From positions 1 through 49,057 of the IMG/VR virus record IMGVR_UViG_3300043485_000019: a DNA stretch of 49,057 bases; one strand, written 5' to 3'. The translations under genes and the position numbers were made by a program. This DNA is from a virus. Lineage: Duplodnaviria; Caudoviricetes. A model generated the notes under the pieces. It was not told the origin of the DNA. It did no database searches and saw only the letters and a program-made list of their open reading frames with translations. Of this stretch, positions 26,734 to 35,428 are shown piece by piece (position 1 is the stretch's first letter; each line of letters opens with the position of its first letter).

Positions 26734-28341
26734 TCAGAACGGCCAGTCAGCGTTCCTTCCCGCCTCCAATAGCGGGATCATGCGGAAGGTCTGATCGGTC
26801 ATGCCACCAAGCTCGTGACGGTTGCCCGTACCGGTCGACATCGCCGCGTGCTTGTACCCGGCGAGGTTGAAGCCGTACATCGGCACGTTCTTCGGTGCGG
26901 CGTCAGTGACGCTGCCACCATCCCAACCGCCGAACGTCTGCATGTCCGACAAGATGATCACCCGGTCGTGACCTCGGCACGTCGCGCGGACAGAGCCGGC
27001 GATCTCCGTGCCGTGGCCGACCTCGCCGATCCGCTTGCAGAACCGGTCCACCTCGCGCAGAACCGAAGCGCCGCGACCCACGTCATGCTTGAACGTGCCG
27101 GTGGCGAAGCCGTGCAAGTCGACCTGGTTGCCGCGCGCGGCCAATGCGACACCGAACAGGGCCGCCATCTGAGCGAACGTCATCTTCGACCGCTCAGAGA
27201 CACCCACGTTCGTCATGGACGCAGACGTGTCCACCAGAACCAAGGTGCGGCCGTTGAAAGCCGGTACGTTCGCTGTCGCGGCCGTGAGCGCCTTGTCCAG
27301 TGCGTGACCCCACCGCAGCGATGGGGCAGCGAGGTAGGCCGAGAAGAACCGGAACGGGAACTGGCGGGACTTCGCCACCTGCTCCGGATCGGCAAGCTTC
27401 GCCGCCACCTGCCCGGCGACCTCGTCCGAGACGCCGGCCTGGTCGAAGTTGCGTAGGTTTCGGAGGAGAGCCATGTAGCCCATGGACGGAATGACCGAAG
27501 TCCACGCCTCTGCCGTCATGGGACCCTGCAACCAGCCGGCGACCGATTCCCACGTCATGCCGGCATCGTTCAGTACGCGGTCGACGGCCGGTAAAACCAG
27601 CGATGCGCGACGCTCGCCAACTTCCCAGGACATCAACTCGGCCCGCCTGCGCAGCATGAGGAGAACTTCCGGGATCTCCACGTCCCGGCCGTGCCGTACG
27701 TCGATGGCGTGCTTGAACAGCGAACCCTGCCACGGCTTGTCGGCGACCGGCGATGCGTGTGTCAGCTCCAGTACGTCACCGAACCGGAAACCACGAGCCG
27801 CTGAGTCCCACTTGAGCAGGTTCCGCTCGGTGTACAGCCGCTGGACAGCGTCGGCGACTCCGCGCTTGAGCGGCTTCGGGATCGCGCGGCCGTACTTCGA
27901 GGTCCAGTACGCGAGGATCTCGCCAGGCTCGTCCGCGCGCTGCAACACCGAGTTGACGACCGACCGCGGCCGGCCGTACGTGAGGTCGCCCGGCTCGCCG
28001 GGAAGCTCCGGCGCAGCTCGTACGTACTCGGCCGCGCCCACGAGAGAGGCCGATCGCATGTTCGCTTCCGATCGCAGCCAGAGCAGGAATCGCGCGACCC
28101 ATGTCGGATCGGTGGACGTGACCGCCTTGACCAGCTGGACGTAACGTGAGTCACGATCGCCGGCCGACTCGTAGAAGGTGCTCTCGCCAACCATATTGGC
28201 GACGGCGAGCAGGAACAGTTCCGACTTCACGTCCCGCGTATAGCCGGGAGCCCCTTCGTGTGTCTGACCGCTCGGCATCTGCTCACTGACGATCGGGCCG
28301 TGGACAGCCGGCTTCGTGCCGGCGACGTTGAACTTGCTCAT
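26734..28341 (-). CDS. rsr: Ro60/TROVE RNA-binding protein (Rsr) with C-terminal vWA domain
   Basis: THEGAPGY..D.KSELFLL, NMRS, RADEPGE, MGYMALLRNLRN, SRQFPFRF, vWA MIDAS LVDTSASM, GT, SD.Q. Confidence 0.95.
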   Translation of the reverse strand: MSKFNVAGTKPAVHGPIVSEQMPSGQTHEGAPGYTRDVKSELFLLAVANMVGESTFYESAGDRDSRYVQLVKAVTSTDPTWVARFLLWLRSEANMRSASLVGAAEYVRAAPELPGEPGDLTYGRPRSVVNSVLQRADEPGEILAYWTSKYGRAIPKPLKRGVADAVQRLYTERNLLKWDSAARGFRFGDVLELTHASPVADKPWQGSLFKHAIDVRHGRDVEIPEVLLMLRRRAELMSWEVGERRASLVLPAVDRVLNDAGMTWESVAGWLQGPMTAEAWTSVIPSMGYMALLRNLRNFDQAGVSDEVAGQVAAKLADPEQVAKSRQFPFRFFSAYLAAPSLRWGHALDKALTAATANVPAFNGRTLVLVDTSASMTNVGVSERSKMTFAQMAALFGVALAARGNQVDLHGFATGTFKHDVGRGASVLREVDRFCKRIGEVGHGTEIAGSVRATCRGHDRVIILSDMQTFGGWDGGSVTDAAPKNVPMYGFNLAGYKHAAMSTGTGNRHELGGMTDQTFRMIPLLEAGRNADWPF

Positions 28342-28379
28342 GTGCTCAACCCTCGTTCTTCGAGGGGAGCCAGCTTCAA

Positions 28380-28512
28380 TGATGCCCGAGATCAAAGCGG
28401 AGACGGTGACAAGGCGCTCTAGACCGCTGAGCTACCGGCGAACCGGGCGGGATTTGAACCCGCGTCACCCCATTAGAAGTGGAAGTAACCGTTACCTTCG
28501 CACCGGGCATCA
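28380..28512 (-). ncRNA. Y RNA with tRNA-like domain (YrlA-like)
   Basis: Terminal stem GATGCCCG/CGGGCATC; 5' GGUGCGAAG and 3' UUGAUC Ro-binding-like helix; T arm GCGGG-UUCAAAU-CCCGC, CCGG-UUCG-CCGG closed acceptor hairpin, D arm UAGCUCAGCGGUCUAGAGC; adjacent to rsr. Confidence 0.88.
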
Positions 28513-28525
28513 ATCTGAAGTTGTG

Positions 28526-28598
28526 GCTCCCGAGATCCAGTCGCTCTGCGGTGTGTTTTCATTGCATTGAAGTAACCGCCGAGCTTCGCACCGGGAGT
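28526..28598 (-). ncRNA. Second, short Y RNA without tRNA-like domain
   Basis: Shares CCCGGUGCGAAG, CGGUUACUUC and GAUCUCGGG with the first unit; terminal stem CUCCCG/CGGGAG. Confidence 0.8.
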
Positions 28599-28710
28599 GC
28601 TCGGCGAGTGTAGCGCGTTGGGGGCGTCCAGGGGAAACTCGAAACGACAGTCGGGACTTACGTCCCGATTTCGCCCTCCGGATCGATGACCGAAGGGCGT
28701 GCTCACGGCT

Positions 28711-28863
28711 CTACCCGCCTCGTGTCGCTTTTATAACCTTCCAATCGGGTGTAGCGCGCCAACTCGCGGCGCGCCTTTCGCTCAGCGCGCGAGCGGCCCA
28801 GAACATGCCAGCCGTAGCCGTCGATAGGTGAACCGGCCGATACGTTCGACTGTTGTCGGTCAC
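28711..28863 (-). CDS. Small hypothetical protein
   Basis: GTGA overlap with the upstream gene. Confidence 0.4.
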   Translation of the reverse strand: MTDNSRTYRPVHLSTATAGMFWAARALSERRAASWRATPDWKVIKATRGG

Positions 28864-29174
28864 GGCTCGACATCCTTTCGGACCAGATCGGGATGCCAAT
28901 AGGCGCCTTCGGGCTGCCATGTTCCGTCGAAATCCGGGTGGCCCCTGTCGATACGCGCGATGCAGAAGACTGCTAGGTAGAGCGCTTCGCGTCTAGCCCG
29001 CGTCTCCCAGCCCGCATGGACATCCTCTTCCGCCTCGTCCGCTCTGACCGTTGCCTCGTACACATCTACGATGGCGCGCTTCGCCGCTATGTCGAGCTTA
29101 GTCCAACAGGTACAACTATCCTCTCCGCAATCCTGCTCTTTTAGTCGCGCCCGTAAGAAATCAATGATGTCCAT
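28860..29174 (-). CDS. DUF6221-like protein
   Basis: IIDFLRARL.E, DIAAKRAIV, HPDFD.W. Confidence 0.7.
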   Translation of the reverse strand: MDIIDFLRARLKEQDCGEDSCTCWTKLDIAAKRAIVDVYEATVRADEAEEDVHAGWETRARREALYLAVFCIARIDRGHPDFDGTWQPEGAYWHPDLVRKDVEP

Positions 29175-29325
29175 CAGTTCCCCCAAAGATCCGCGAGCTT
29201 GTGCCTGGTGATCTCTCCCAAGGGTGGGCCACCACTCCACGCCGGGTCATAGTCGGTGTGGTCGGAATCGATCGCGGCAAGCATGTAGACGACGCCTAGG
29301 CACTGGCCCAGTCACCGCCGCTTCA

Positions 29326-29766
29326 TCAGGTCAGTCCTGGGGGGTAGTAGTCGGCACCGGGATGCTTCAGGCACGGTGTGGTGTCGTCCTTGCAGCTGCA
29401 CTTCGTGATTGGCGGCTGCGTGTGGGCCGCGCTCAACATCAGGTCGAGCATGAATCGACCAAGGGTCTCGCCGCCAGCCTGTCCCGTGTCACCGACGATC
29501 CACACGTCGGTAAAGGCATCCATGACGTAGTCGCCACCCTTCCAGCCTTCATAGGCGGTGCCGAGGGCGCTGCGAGCCGCATCGAGGCATTCTTGGACAG
29601 TCACGTCGACTGTCAACTGAAACGCGACATCTTCGTAGTAGCCGCGATAGGAATGCGGATTCGTGAATCCGTACGGCAGGGTCCAGTCACCACAGTCGGC
29701 CAACTCCAGGACGCGGATGACCTGGCCTAACTTGTACTGCTCGGGTGTAGTCGGTCCTTGGGTCAT
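29326..29766 (-). CDS. Phage hypothetical protein
   Basis: LG..I..LE, PHSYRGYYEDVAF, GWKGGDY.M conserved-looking motifs. Confidence 0.75.
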   Translation of the reverse strand: MTQGPTTPEQYKLGQVIRVLELADCGDWTLPYGFTNPHSYRGYYEDVAFQLTVDVTVQECLDAARSALGTAYEGWKGGDYVMDAFTDVWIVGDTGQAGGETLGRFMLDLMLSAAHTQPPITKCSCKDDTTPCLKHPGADYYPPGLT

Positions 29767-30023
29767 CACGCCTCCACGAATGGGTGGTCAGGATGGTGGT
29801 TGACGCGCGGACCCTCGCACAGTGCACACAGCGGCCCATGCTGTGCGCGATCCACGCGGCGCCTGATCTCCGTGATGACCTGATGGACGCCGTCGAGCTG
29901 TCGGCCGTCGAGGTTCACGATGTTGCCCGGATTGCCGACGATATCCGCGAAGAACTGCATCTGCTCGAAGAGTTGCGCCGCCGTCCAGGTAGTCAAGTCC
30001 GCAGCACCAAAATAGTCAGGCAT
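29766..30023 (-). CDS. Hypothetical protein with C-terminal CxxC..H..HPF
   Basis: MPDYFG start with GAGG RBS. Confidence 0.55.
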   Translation of the reverse strand: MPDYFGAADLTTWTAAQLFEQMQFFADIVGNPGNIVNLDGRQLDGVHQVITEIRRRVDRAQHGPLCALCEGPRVNHHPDHPFVEA

Positions 30024-30183
30024 TATCGGCCGCCTCTTCGTGGCATGCACATTGGCAGTCCCAATGGATTTCACAGACTCCGTAGCAGTTCGAATGATCA
30101 CACGGGCCGTAGACGTGGCCTCGAATGCAGGCGAACCAATCGCCGTCAGTTCCTGGGCAACCATGCTCATCGTCATCAATCAT
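30016..30183 (-). CDS. Small Cys-rich protein (55 aa, absent from ORF track)
   Basis: MIDDDEHGCPG...CQCACHEEAADNA; ATGA overlap with the upstream gene. Confidence 0.55.
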   Translation of the reverse strand: MIDDDEHGCPGTDGDWFACIRGHVYGPCDHSNCYGVCEIHWDCQCACHEEAADNA

Positions 30184-30659
30184 GAGATCCGCCATTCGTC
30201 GCGAAACTCTGGCCGGTCAGCGAATCCCTGAGCAGAAAGCCGTATAGCATTCTCGTGCGCCCCAACTATCGCGCGGATGTACAGCTCTGACCGCTGTTCC
30301 TCGCTGCCGGTCATCGCACCTGACTCCAGCCAGCGGTTGCGCGCGCGCTTCTCGGCACCACGGGCGATGCGCCAGTCCGCGATCAGCCGCCGTCGTGCTT
30401 CACACTCTCGTAGGACACGGGCGGGATCGTGGCGGGCGATGTGTTGAGCGACGGCCGCGCCATCTACGGCTTGTGGGTCAACCGTGGTGATAACTCCATC
30501 ATCGAGCCCGTCGATGACGGCCCACCCGCTGTCGTACTTCTCGCGGTGATACGCCGTCCAGTTCTCACTACCTCCGCCGAGGTCGGTCCACATTGCCTCA
30601 CTCGCCGCCGCTTCGTCGGCGTCGTTGTTCGCCTCTAGAAAGGCGATCAGCTCGTTCAC
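30180..30659 (-). CDS. DUF6221-like protein
   Basis: LIAFL, HIARHDPARVLRECEARR, ADRPEFRDEWR. Confidence 0.8.
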   Translation of the reverse strand: MNELIAFLEANNDADEAAASEAMWTDLGGGSENWTAYHREKYDSGWAVIDGLDDGVITTVDPQAVDGAAVAQHIARHDPARVLRECEARRRLIADWRIARGAEKRARNRWLESGAMTGSEEQRSELYIRAIVGAHENAIRLSAQGFADRPEFRDEWRIS

Positions 30660-31219
30660 CGGAAGTCCTTCGCCTTGAGCTTCGCCATCCGGCCGTCAGG
30701 ATGGTGCCAGACGACGCCTTCCGCACCGTCCTTCTCGTGCAGCGCCAGAAGCCACTGACTGAGTGTCCAGAGGTCGTAGTTGGCTGGCGGTTCGAGCTGT
30801 TCGGCGTCGGCGTGACATACCAGGCAATGGCCGTCCCGCTTCTCGGGGTTCCCATTGACCTTTGGGCCGACTAACTCGTAGGTGCCTTGCTCCCAATCGT
30901 GGTAGAAATCGGTCGCAGCGTGCAATGCCTGTATGTGGAAGTTGGCAAAGCTCGACTGTTCGACCGGCTCCCATCCGACCGTCTTGCCGGTCGCGTCATC
31001 GAAATCCGCCTGCACGAAGTGCGGCGGCGGGTTCTTGCCTTTCTTGACCTCGCGGCGTGCCCACCACTTCGAACCGTCGAACATCACACACGTACCATCG
31101 TACTTCCGCGTCGGGGCGCCTTCGCCGGCAATGACCCACTCGCAGCCGGGAGTGATCTCGTCCAAGACATGAGCCATGTTCTCCGGATCGCGCTTGAACA
31201 GCGTCGGAATTTTCTTCAC
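30656..31219 (-). CDS. ATP-dependent RNA ligase-like protein (DUF5565/RLIG1-like)
   Basis: KKIPTLF, motif I TRKYDGTC, GTYELVGPKVNGNP, motif IV EGVVW, motif V AKLK. Confidence 0.8.
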   Translation of the reverse strand: MKKIPTLFKRDPENMAHVLDEITPGCEWVIAGEGAPTRKYDGTCVMFDGSKWWARREVKKGKNPPPHFVQADFDDATGKTVGWEPVEQSSFANFHIQALHAATDFYHDWEQGTYELVGPKVNGNPEKRDGHCLVCHADAEQLEPPANYDLWTLSQWLLALHEKDGAEGVVWHHPDGRMAKLKAKDFR

Positions 31220-31467
31220 GATTCCTCCATTGGTATCGCTGGCAACGACAACCCACGCTTGACTCGTGCGGCTCGCCTCATTCCACACTGATGGCCGTTG
31301 CGACATATCCATGAGTCGGCCGCGACTGGGCCGAGGAAGTTCGCCAACGGTCGAGCGAGAAAGTGACTGGCGTAGACGCTGTCGGGCGGCGGGCGACGAT
31401 AGCTAATCTTTCCAACGCGGCCACACAGAGCACACGTCCTGTCTGGCAGGTCCGCGACGGTATTCAC
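31216..31467 (-). CDS. Small Zn-binding hypothetical protein
   Basis: CALCG...WICR..C; overlaps on both sides. Confidence 0.55.
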   Translation of the reverse strand: MNTVADLPDRTCALCGRVGKISYRRPPPDSVYASHFLARPLANFLGPVAADSWICRNGHQCGMRRAARVKRGLSLPAIPMEES

Positions 31468-31793
31468 GCCGCCCTCCACTCGTCTCGGAATCCAGGGCGG
31501 TCGGCGTATGGCCCGGCAAGGATTCGGAGAGCCATCACACCGACGTAACAGGTCTGGACTGCCTCGATCATCTGCCGCTTTGCCGCACACTCACGCAAAA
31601 CGCGAACTGGCTCGTGACGGACTGCGTGATCGGCAACCGCTTCCCAAGCAGCGTGCAGCACGTCTCCGTAGTAGTTATCCGTTACGTACGGACCTTCGGC
31701 GCACCAGTCGATTCCGGTGACCTTTTTGGCTTCCGCTGCCAGTGCCTCATCCGCCGTGATCTCGCGCTCAAGGAACTCGATCAGGTCGTTCAT
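31464..31793 (-). CDS. DUF6221-like protein
   Basis: LIEFL, RVLRECAAKR, YADRPGFRDEWR. Confidence 0.8.
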   Translation of the reverse strand: MNDLIEFLEREITADEALAAEAKKVTGIDWCAEGPYVTDNYYGDVLHAAWEAVADHAVRHEPVRVLRECAAKRQMIEAVQTCYVGVMALRILAGPYADRPGFRDEWRAA

Positions 31794-31975
31794 CAGAAGT
31801 CCACGACCTTCGACTCATCGACCGGCACCATGACCTGAACGACCTTCGTTTCTCGGCAGATGTGGCAGTAGTACCAACTGTCCACAACGCCGGGAGAAAC
31901 CTGCTCGCTGACCTTGATGCCGCCGCCGTCATCGAAGTTGAATTCTCGGCCGCACTGTGTGCATTCATCCATCAC
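31793..31975 (-). CDS. Small Zn-ribbon protein
   Basis: CTQCG...CHIC. Confidence 0.55.
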   Translation of the reverse strand: MMDECTQCGREFNFDDGGGIKVSEQVSPGVVDSWYYCHICRETKVVQVMVPVDESKVVDF

Positions 31976-32787
31976 GCCGCCCCTCCGTTCCGTCGCTGGC
32001 CCTCGGCCAGTCGTTCCAGTACGTCACCAAACCGAAAACGCGCGACACGATGCCGGTCCCACTCGACCGGCGGGTAGACCGCGATCCTGTGCCGCGACTT
32101 CCACCCACTGACCATGTCCAGCGTGACTCGCAGACCGGCGTGGTCGAGAACCATGCAGATACGCGCGGCCGTCCATATCTCATCAGCGTGTACGGGCAGC
32201 ATCCGCTGCCGGCGCTCGAAGATGTCATGCTCCGTGCCGCAGGCGCGGCACCTCGCCGCCGTGATCGGTGGCCGGTCCTTGTCGCGCTTGGGGACCCACA
32301 ACTCGTATCCACAGTGATCACAGGTGCCGACGTGTTCCCGCTCGGCCGGTGCGTCCACGACCCGCCACGGGTATTTGCAGGCGTCCATAAGCTCGCTGTA
32401 CGCCTCGGGGGCTTCGGCGCGGTGGCGGAGCCACTCCAGGTGCTTCGTGCCCTGCTGGGGGCCGATAAGCCACTGTGCGACGTCCGTCAGGCTGTCGGGA
32501 CAGTCGATCTCGATGCCACGTTCCTCGGAGATGATCCGGGCCCACGTGACCAGGGTGTTCTTGGCGGAAGCGGCCGCATGGCTGGCTGACCACCCGTACG
32601 GCAACGGCTTCTCCGACGACCGCGGTCCGGTACGACGTGTCGTACGCGCCTGCCGGGTGATGGCGACGGCGAGCGCCTCATCCAGTGCGGGTACTTCGCC
32701 GAGCGCGTCTTCGAGGTTCTCGGCGCATGTCGCGCACCAGGCTCCGTCGGCGACCGGCCGGGAGTCATTGACGCAGATGATAGTCAA
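31972..32787 (-). CDS. Zn-finger/HTH protein, possible late transcription regulator
   Basis: C..C N-terminus, G.C..CG.EL, CRACG, C-terminal W..R..I..FRFGDV HTH-like; TTG start. Confidence 0.7.
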   Translation of the reverse strand: MTIICVNDSRPVADGAWCATCAENLEDALGEVPALDEALAVAITRQARTTRRTGPRSSEKPLPYGWSASHAAASAKNTLVTWARIISEERGIEIDCPDSLTDVAQWLIGPQQGTKHLEWLRHRAEAPEAYSELMDACKYPWRVVDAPAEREHVGTCDHCGYELWVPKRDKDRPPITAARCRACGTEHDIFERRQRMLPVHADEIWTAARICMVLDHAGLRVTLDMVSGWKSRHRIAVYPPVEWDRHRVARFRFGDVLERLAEGQRRNGGAA

Positions 32788-33026
32788 CGATCCTCCCCTC
32801 CAAAGTAGGAGAGAGTCGCGGCCCGCGTCGCCCAATACAGCTGTATCACCAGACCGATCCGTACCGCGTCGTCAGTGCCGGGACTGTTGCCCATCAATGT
32901 GTAGGGCTCGCCGTCCGCGGTGATGTACTTCGCGACCAGAACGACATCGGTGATGATCTCGCCGGGGTCCCGGTCCCATTCCACGCCGAGAGCGTCCAGG
33001 GCCGGGCCGATCAGTTCTTTGGGCAT
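32784..33026 (-). CDS. Hypothetical protein
   Basis: ORF overlapping the downstream start. Confidence 0.6.
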   Translation of the reverse strand: MPKELIGPALDALGVEWDRDPGEIITDVVLVAKYITADGEPYTLMGNSPGTDDAVRIGLVIQLYWATRAATLSYFGGEDR

Positions 33027-33081
33027 TCAGTTCACGTCCCAACGCCAGTGCGGCCGGTAGAGGGTAGGTGCGGGGTGTTGA

Positions 33082-33444
33082 TCACGGCGACGCCTCGAAT
33101 AATCGGATCACCGGAATGCCGGCGTCCTCGGCCAGTCGAGCGCATCCGCTGGCGCCATCGCTGTTGTTGCGGATGAACGCCAAGCACAAGTCAGCACCGG
33201 CCCTAACCATGTCGGCGTTTCGGAGCGGGCCGGCGCCGTGCCCGTACCGCTTCCAGTCGGCGTGGTTGATCTCGACGCGCCAGCCGTGATCGCGAGCCAC
33301 CGCGCCGGCGTAGGAGTCCGCTCCTGTCGGACAGCCGCCGTGGATAACGACGATGCGCTCACCGGCCGCCGCGTCTTCGAGAGCCACCTTGACTGCCTTG
33401 AAGCTGTGCCAGTCCCGCGAGCCGGTGACGAGGATGCGCTTCAT
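33082..33444 (-). CDS. YspA/DUF2493 SLOG-family protein
   Basis: RILVTGSRDW, IHGGCPTGAD, ADWKRYG..AGPLRN..MV, AF..GA. Confidence 0.88.
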   Translation of the reverse strand: MKRILVTGSRDWHSFKAVKVALEDAAAGERIVVIHGGCPTGADSYAGAVARDHGWRVEINHADWKRYGHGAGPLRNADMVRAGADLCLAFIRNNSDGASGCARLAEDAGIPVIRLFEASP

Positions 33445-33650
33445 GCGAACCTCTTGGGCTCTACCAGTCGCAGCCGGCGAAGGATCTCGGAGTGGAGGGC
33501 GGCACGGTTGGTCATGTGCTTGCGACCGAGCCGGCCGACACATGCTCTAGCCACCTCACTGGTGTACCTGCCCAACAGTCGTTCGCTGGACATGGTGCTC
33601 AGGTTCTCGGGATGCGGTCCCTGTCCTGGGAAACCACCGATGCTGGCCAT
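33441..33650 (-). CDS. Small hypothetical protein
   Basis: TGATG and ATGA overlaps. Confidence 0.45.
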   Translation of the reverse strand: MASIGGFPGQGPHPENLSTMSSERLLGRYTSEVARACVGRLGRKHMTNRAALHSEILRRLRLVEPKRFA

Positions 33651-33925
33651 CACGGCTCGACTCCAAGCGCGAACTGCAACCATTCAAAGCGCTTACCGGT
33701 TTCGATGGCGTTCACTCCCTTGACGAAGTGGTCGCCGAGATACTGGAACTCGACCACGTACTGCCGTTGACCGACTGACCACCAGACAAGTCCTCGGCGG
33801 GACATGACCGCCGACAGTACGCCGAAGAAGACGTACCGTCCCGTGTCCTTGGTGACGAGGTCGCCGGGGCGGAGGTCCCACTCAGCGATATACAGCGTCT
33901 GCTCTGTCTGGTTCGGATCACTCAC
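33650..33925 (-). CDS. Hypothetical protein
   Basis: GDLVTK.TG.Y.F.G SH3-like pattern; GTGA overlap. Confidence 0.55.
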   Translation of the reverse strand: MSDPNQTEQTLYIAEWDLRPGDLVTKDTGRYVFFGVLSAVMSRRGLVWWSVGQRQYVVEFQYLGDHFVKGVNAIETGKRFEWLQFALGVEP

Positions 33926-34179
33926 GGCTCGACTCCCAACGAAACGGCGCATGTGCCTTCCGGAAGGCTGTCCCCGTCTGTGTGGGCAACAGTGCAAGAG
34001 ACAGCGCCGTCTATGGCAACCAGGCGGCCAATCTCCCAGGTCGCCGGCCGCGGATCCTGGCCAACGGGAACGGCGATCCTTTCCAGGTCGTAGTTCACCA
34101 GGAGGGCGCCGCACCAGGCACACCGCTGGACGAGTTTGCTACCGACCTGAATGTCTAGGCCTGCGATATGGATCATCAT
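33922..34179 (-). CDS. Hypothetical protein
   Basis: HIAG...QRCAWCG. Confidence 0.6.
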   Translation of the reverse strand: MMIHIAGLDIQVGSKLVQRCAWCGALLVNYDLERIAVPVGQDPRPATWEIGRLVAIDGAVSCTVAHTDGDSLPEGTCAVSLGVEP

Positions 34180-34367
34180 TCGGGGATCTCCGGACAGTTG
34201 GGGCAATGCCAGATCTCGCCGCCACTGTCGTCTTTGCCGCTCGTCCAGCCGGCGTTGTGCGCGTCCTCGGCCACGTCTTCCTCGAACGCGAGGAACGGGA
34301 TGCCCGAGCCCAGACCACCACACCGGTCGCACTTGACGTAGTAGCAGATCTCTTCGTTAATCCCCAT
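34176..34367 (-). CDS. Small Zn-finger protein
   Basis: CDRCG...AGW...HCPNC. Confidence 0.65.
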   Translation of the reverse strand: MGINEEICYYVKCDRCGGLGSGIPFLAFEEDVAEDAHNAGWTSGKDDSGGEIWHCPNCPEIPE

Positions 34368-34369
34368 CG

Positions 34370-34567
34370 TCAAGCCCCTACATGGCAGTGACAGATACAG
34401 TCCTGTTCGCAGTACTTGCACGTTTTCCGACAATTACCGTGCTCGTTGTGTGCGCACGCCGTTGACAGGTACACGTGCTGTTCGTTCATCAGATCCAGCT
34501 CCAACGCGGTGCCGTAGCCGTTCACCGCGCGCCTGACGGATTTCTCAAGCTCCGATGGAATCGCCAT
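34370..34567 (-). CDS. Small Cys/His-rich protein
   Basis: HVYLSTAC.H..H..CR..CKYC...CICHCH. Confidence 0.65.
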   Translation of the reverse strand: MAIPSELEKSVRRAVNGYGTALELDLMNEQHVYLSTACAHNEHGNCRKTCKYCEQDCICHCHVGA

Positions 34568-34871
34568 GAGGTCCCCACTCTTTCTGGTATCCCGGCCTGT
34601 CTACGTACACACTGGCTAGGTCACGGATTTCATCGCACGGCCAATGCAACGGCACTCGTTCCGTGAGGTTCTCTCGCGTCTCCCGAGTCGTACAACGGGT
34701 AGCGCAGACCGTGATTACGGAATTGACGCGATCCGGCCGATGCCGTTCGAGGACTCGCCGGTTACGCGCTACTTCCGCATATAGTCGAACCGACCGCCAT
34801 CGACTAGAGATCGCAGCCCGTGTTGCGTCGTCGGCTATGCAGTCTTCCAGCCATCTGGCCAGATCGTTCAC
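34545..34871 (-). CDS. DUF6221-like protein
   Basis: LARWL, EV...RRVLERH, WPC...LASVY.DRPGYQKEW. Confidence 0.75.
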   Translation of the reverse strand: MNDLARWLEDCIADDATRAAISSRWRSVRLYAEVARNRRVLERHRPDRVNSVITVCATRCTTRETRENLTERVPLHWPCDEIRDLASVYVDRPGYQKEWGPHGDSIGA

Positions 34872-35428
34872 AGCTCCACCCCTACGAGTCGTTTCCGTAC
34901 GATCGGACCGGCAGGTTTCACAGCCCAGATGCGGCCGGTGTCGTTGACGACGATCGCGTACTCCCGGACCTGCAACTCCCACCACTCGTGCGCCGGGTCG
35001 CCGCCGTCACTGGCCCGTTCGGTACCCGGTGTCGCGACCCATCCGGCGCACTCACAGCCGGCCAGTGTGCACTTCTCACCGCGATGCCGCTGCGTGATCG
35101 TTGGTCCGGTCGCGTAGTGCGTGCGGTCACCTCGGATCATCGGACACGCCTGTGTCGCGTACCGCGCGCAGACCGGATGCATCGGTGGCTCGTCGAACAG
35201 GCCCGACTCGACTTGCCGGGGTCCGCCGAGCAGGCTGATCAACCCGTCGAACGGCAGTCCGCAGATCTGGCACCGTCCCTGCGAGATACACAGAGCGAAC
35301 CGGGTTGTGTGGTGAGACCGGAAATCACACCCGCCGTCGGCGAGTTGGACGTTCGCGAACGGGATGACGTACCCGCCAACTGTGGGCCGGTGAGCGCACT
35401 TGACGGGGATGGGCAGGTCGGTGCTCAT
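34868..35428 (-). CDS. Cys-rich phage hypothetical protein
   Basis: GGYVIPF, CQICG, EPPMHPVCARYA..ACP. Confidence 0.75.
   Translation of the reverse strand: MSTDLPIPVKCAHRPTVGGYVIPFANVQLADGGCDFRSHHTTRFALCISQGRCQICGLPFDGLISLLGGPRQVESGLFDEPPMHPVCARYATQACPMIRGDRTHYATGPTITQRHRGEKCTLAGCECAGWVATPGTERASDGGDPAHEWWELQVREYAIVVNDTGRIWAVKPAGPIVRKRLVGVEL

Noticed and set aside
26734-28395. Longer rsr start at 28395
   Set aside because: It would overlap the Y RNA 3' stem; ATG at 28341 has an RBS and a typical MSKFN start.
28405-28470. Canonical tRNA gene or tRNA-derived att site
   Set aside because: The T arm precedes the D arm on the transcribed strand, the acceptor is closed by a UUCG loop, and there is no anticodon loop or CCA. 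It fits a Y RNA better.
28640-28700. Hammerhead ribozyme
   Set aside because: Hairpins and GAAA are present, but there is no correctly placed CUGAUGA core on either strand.
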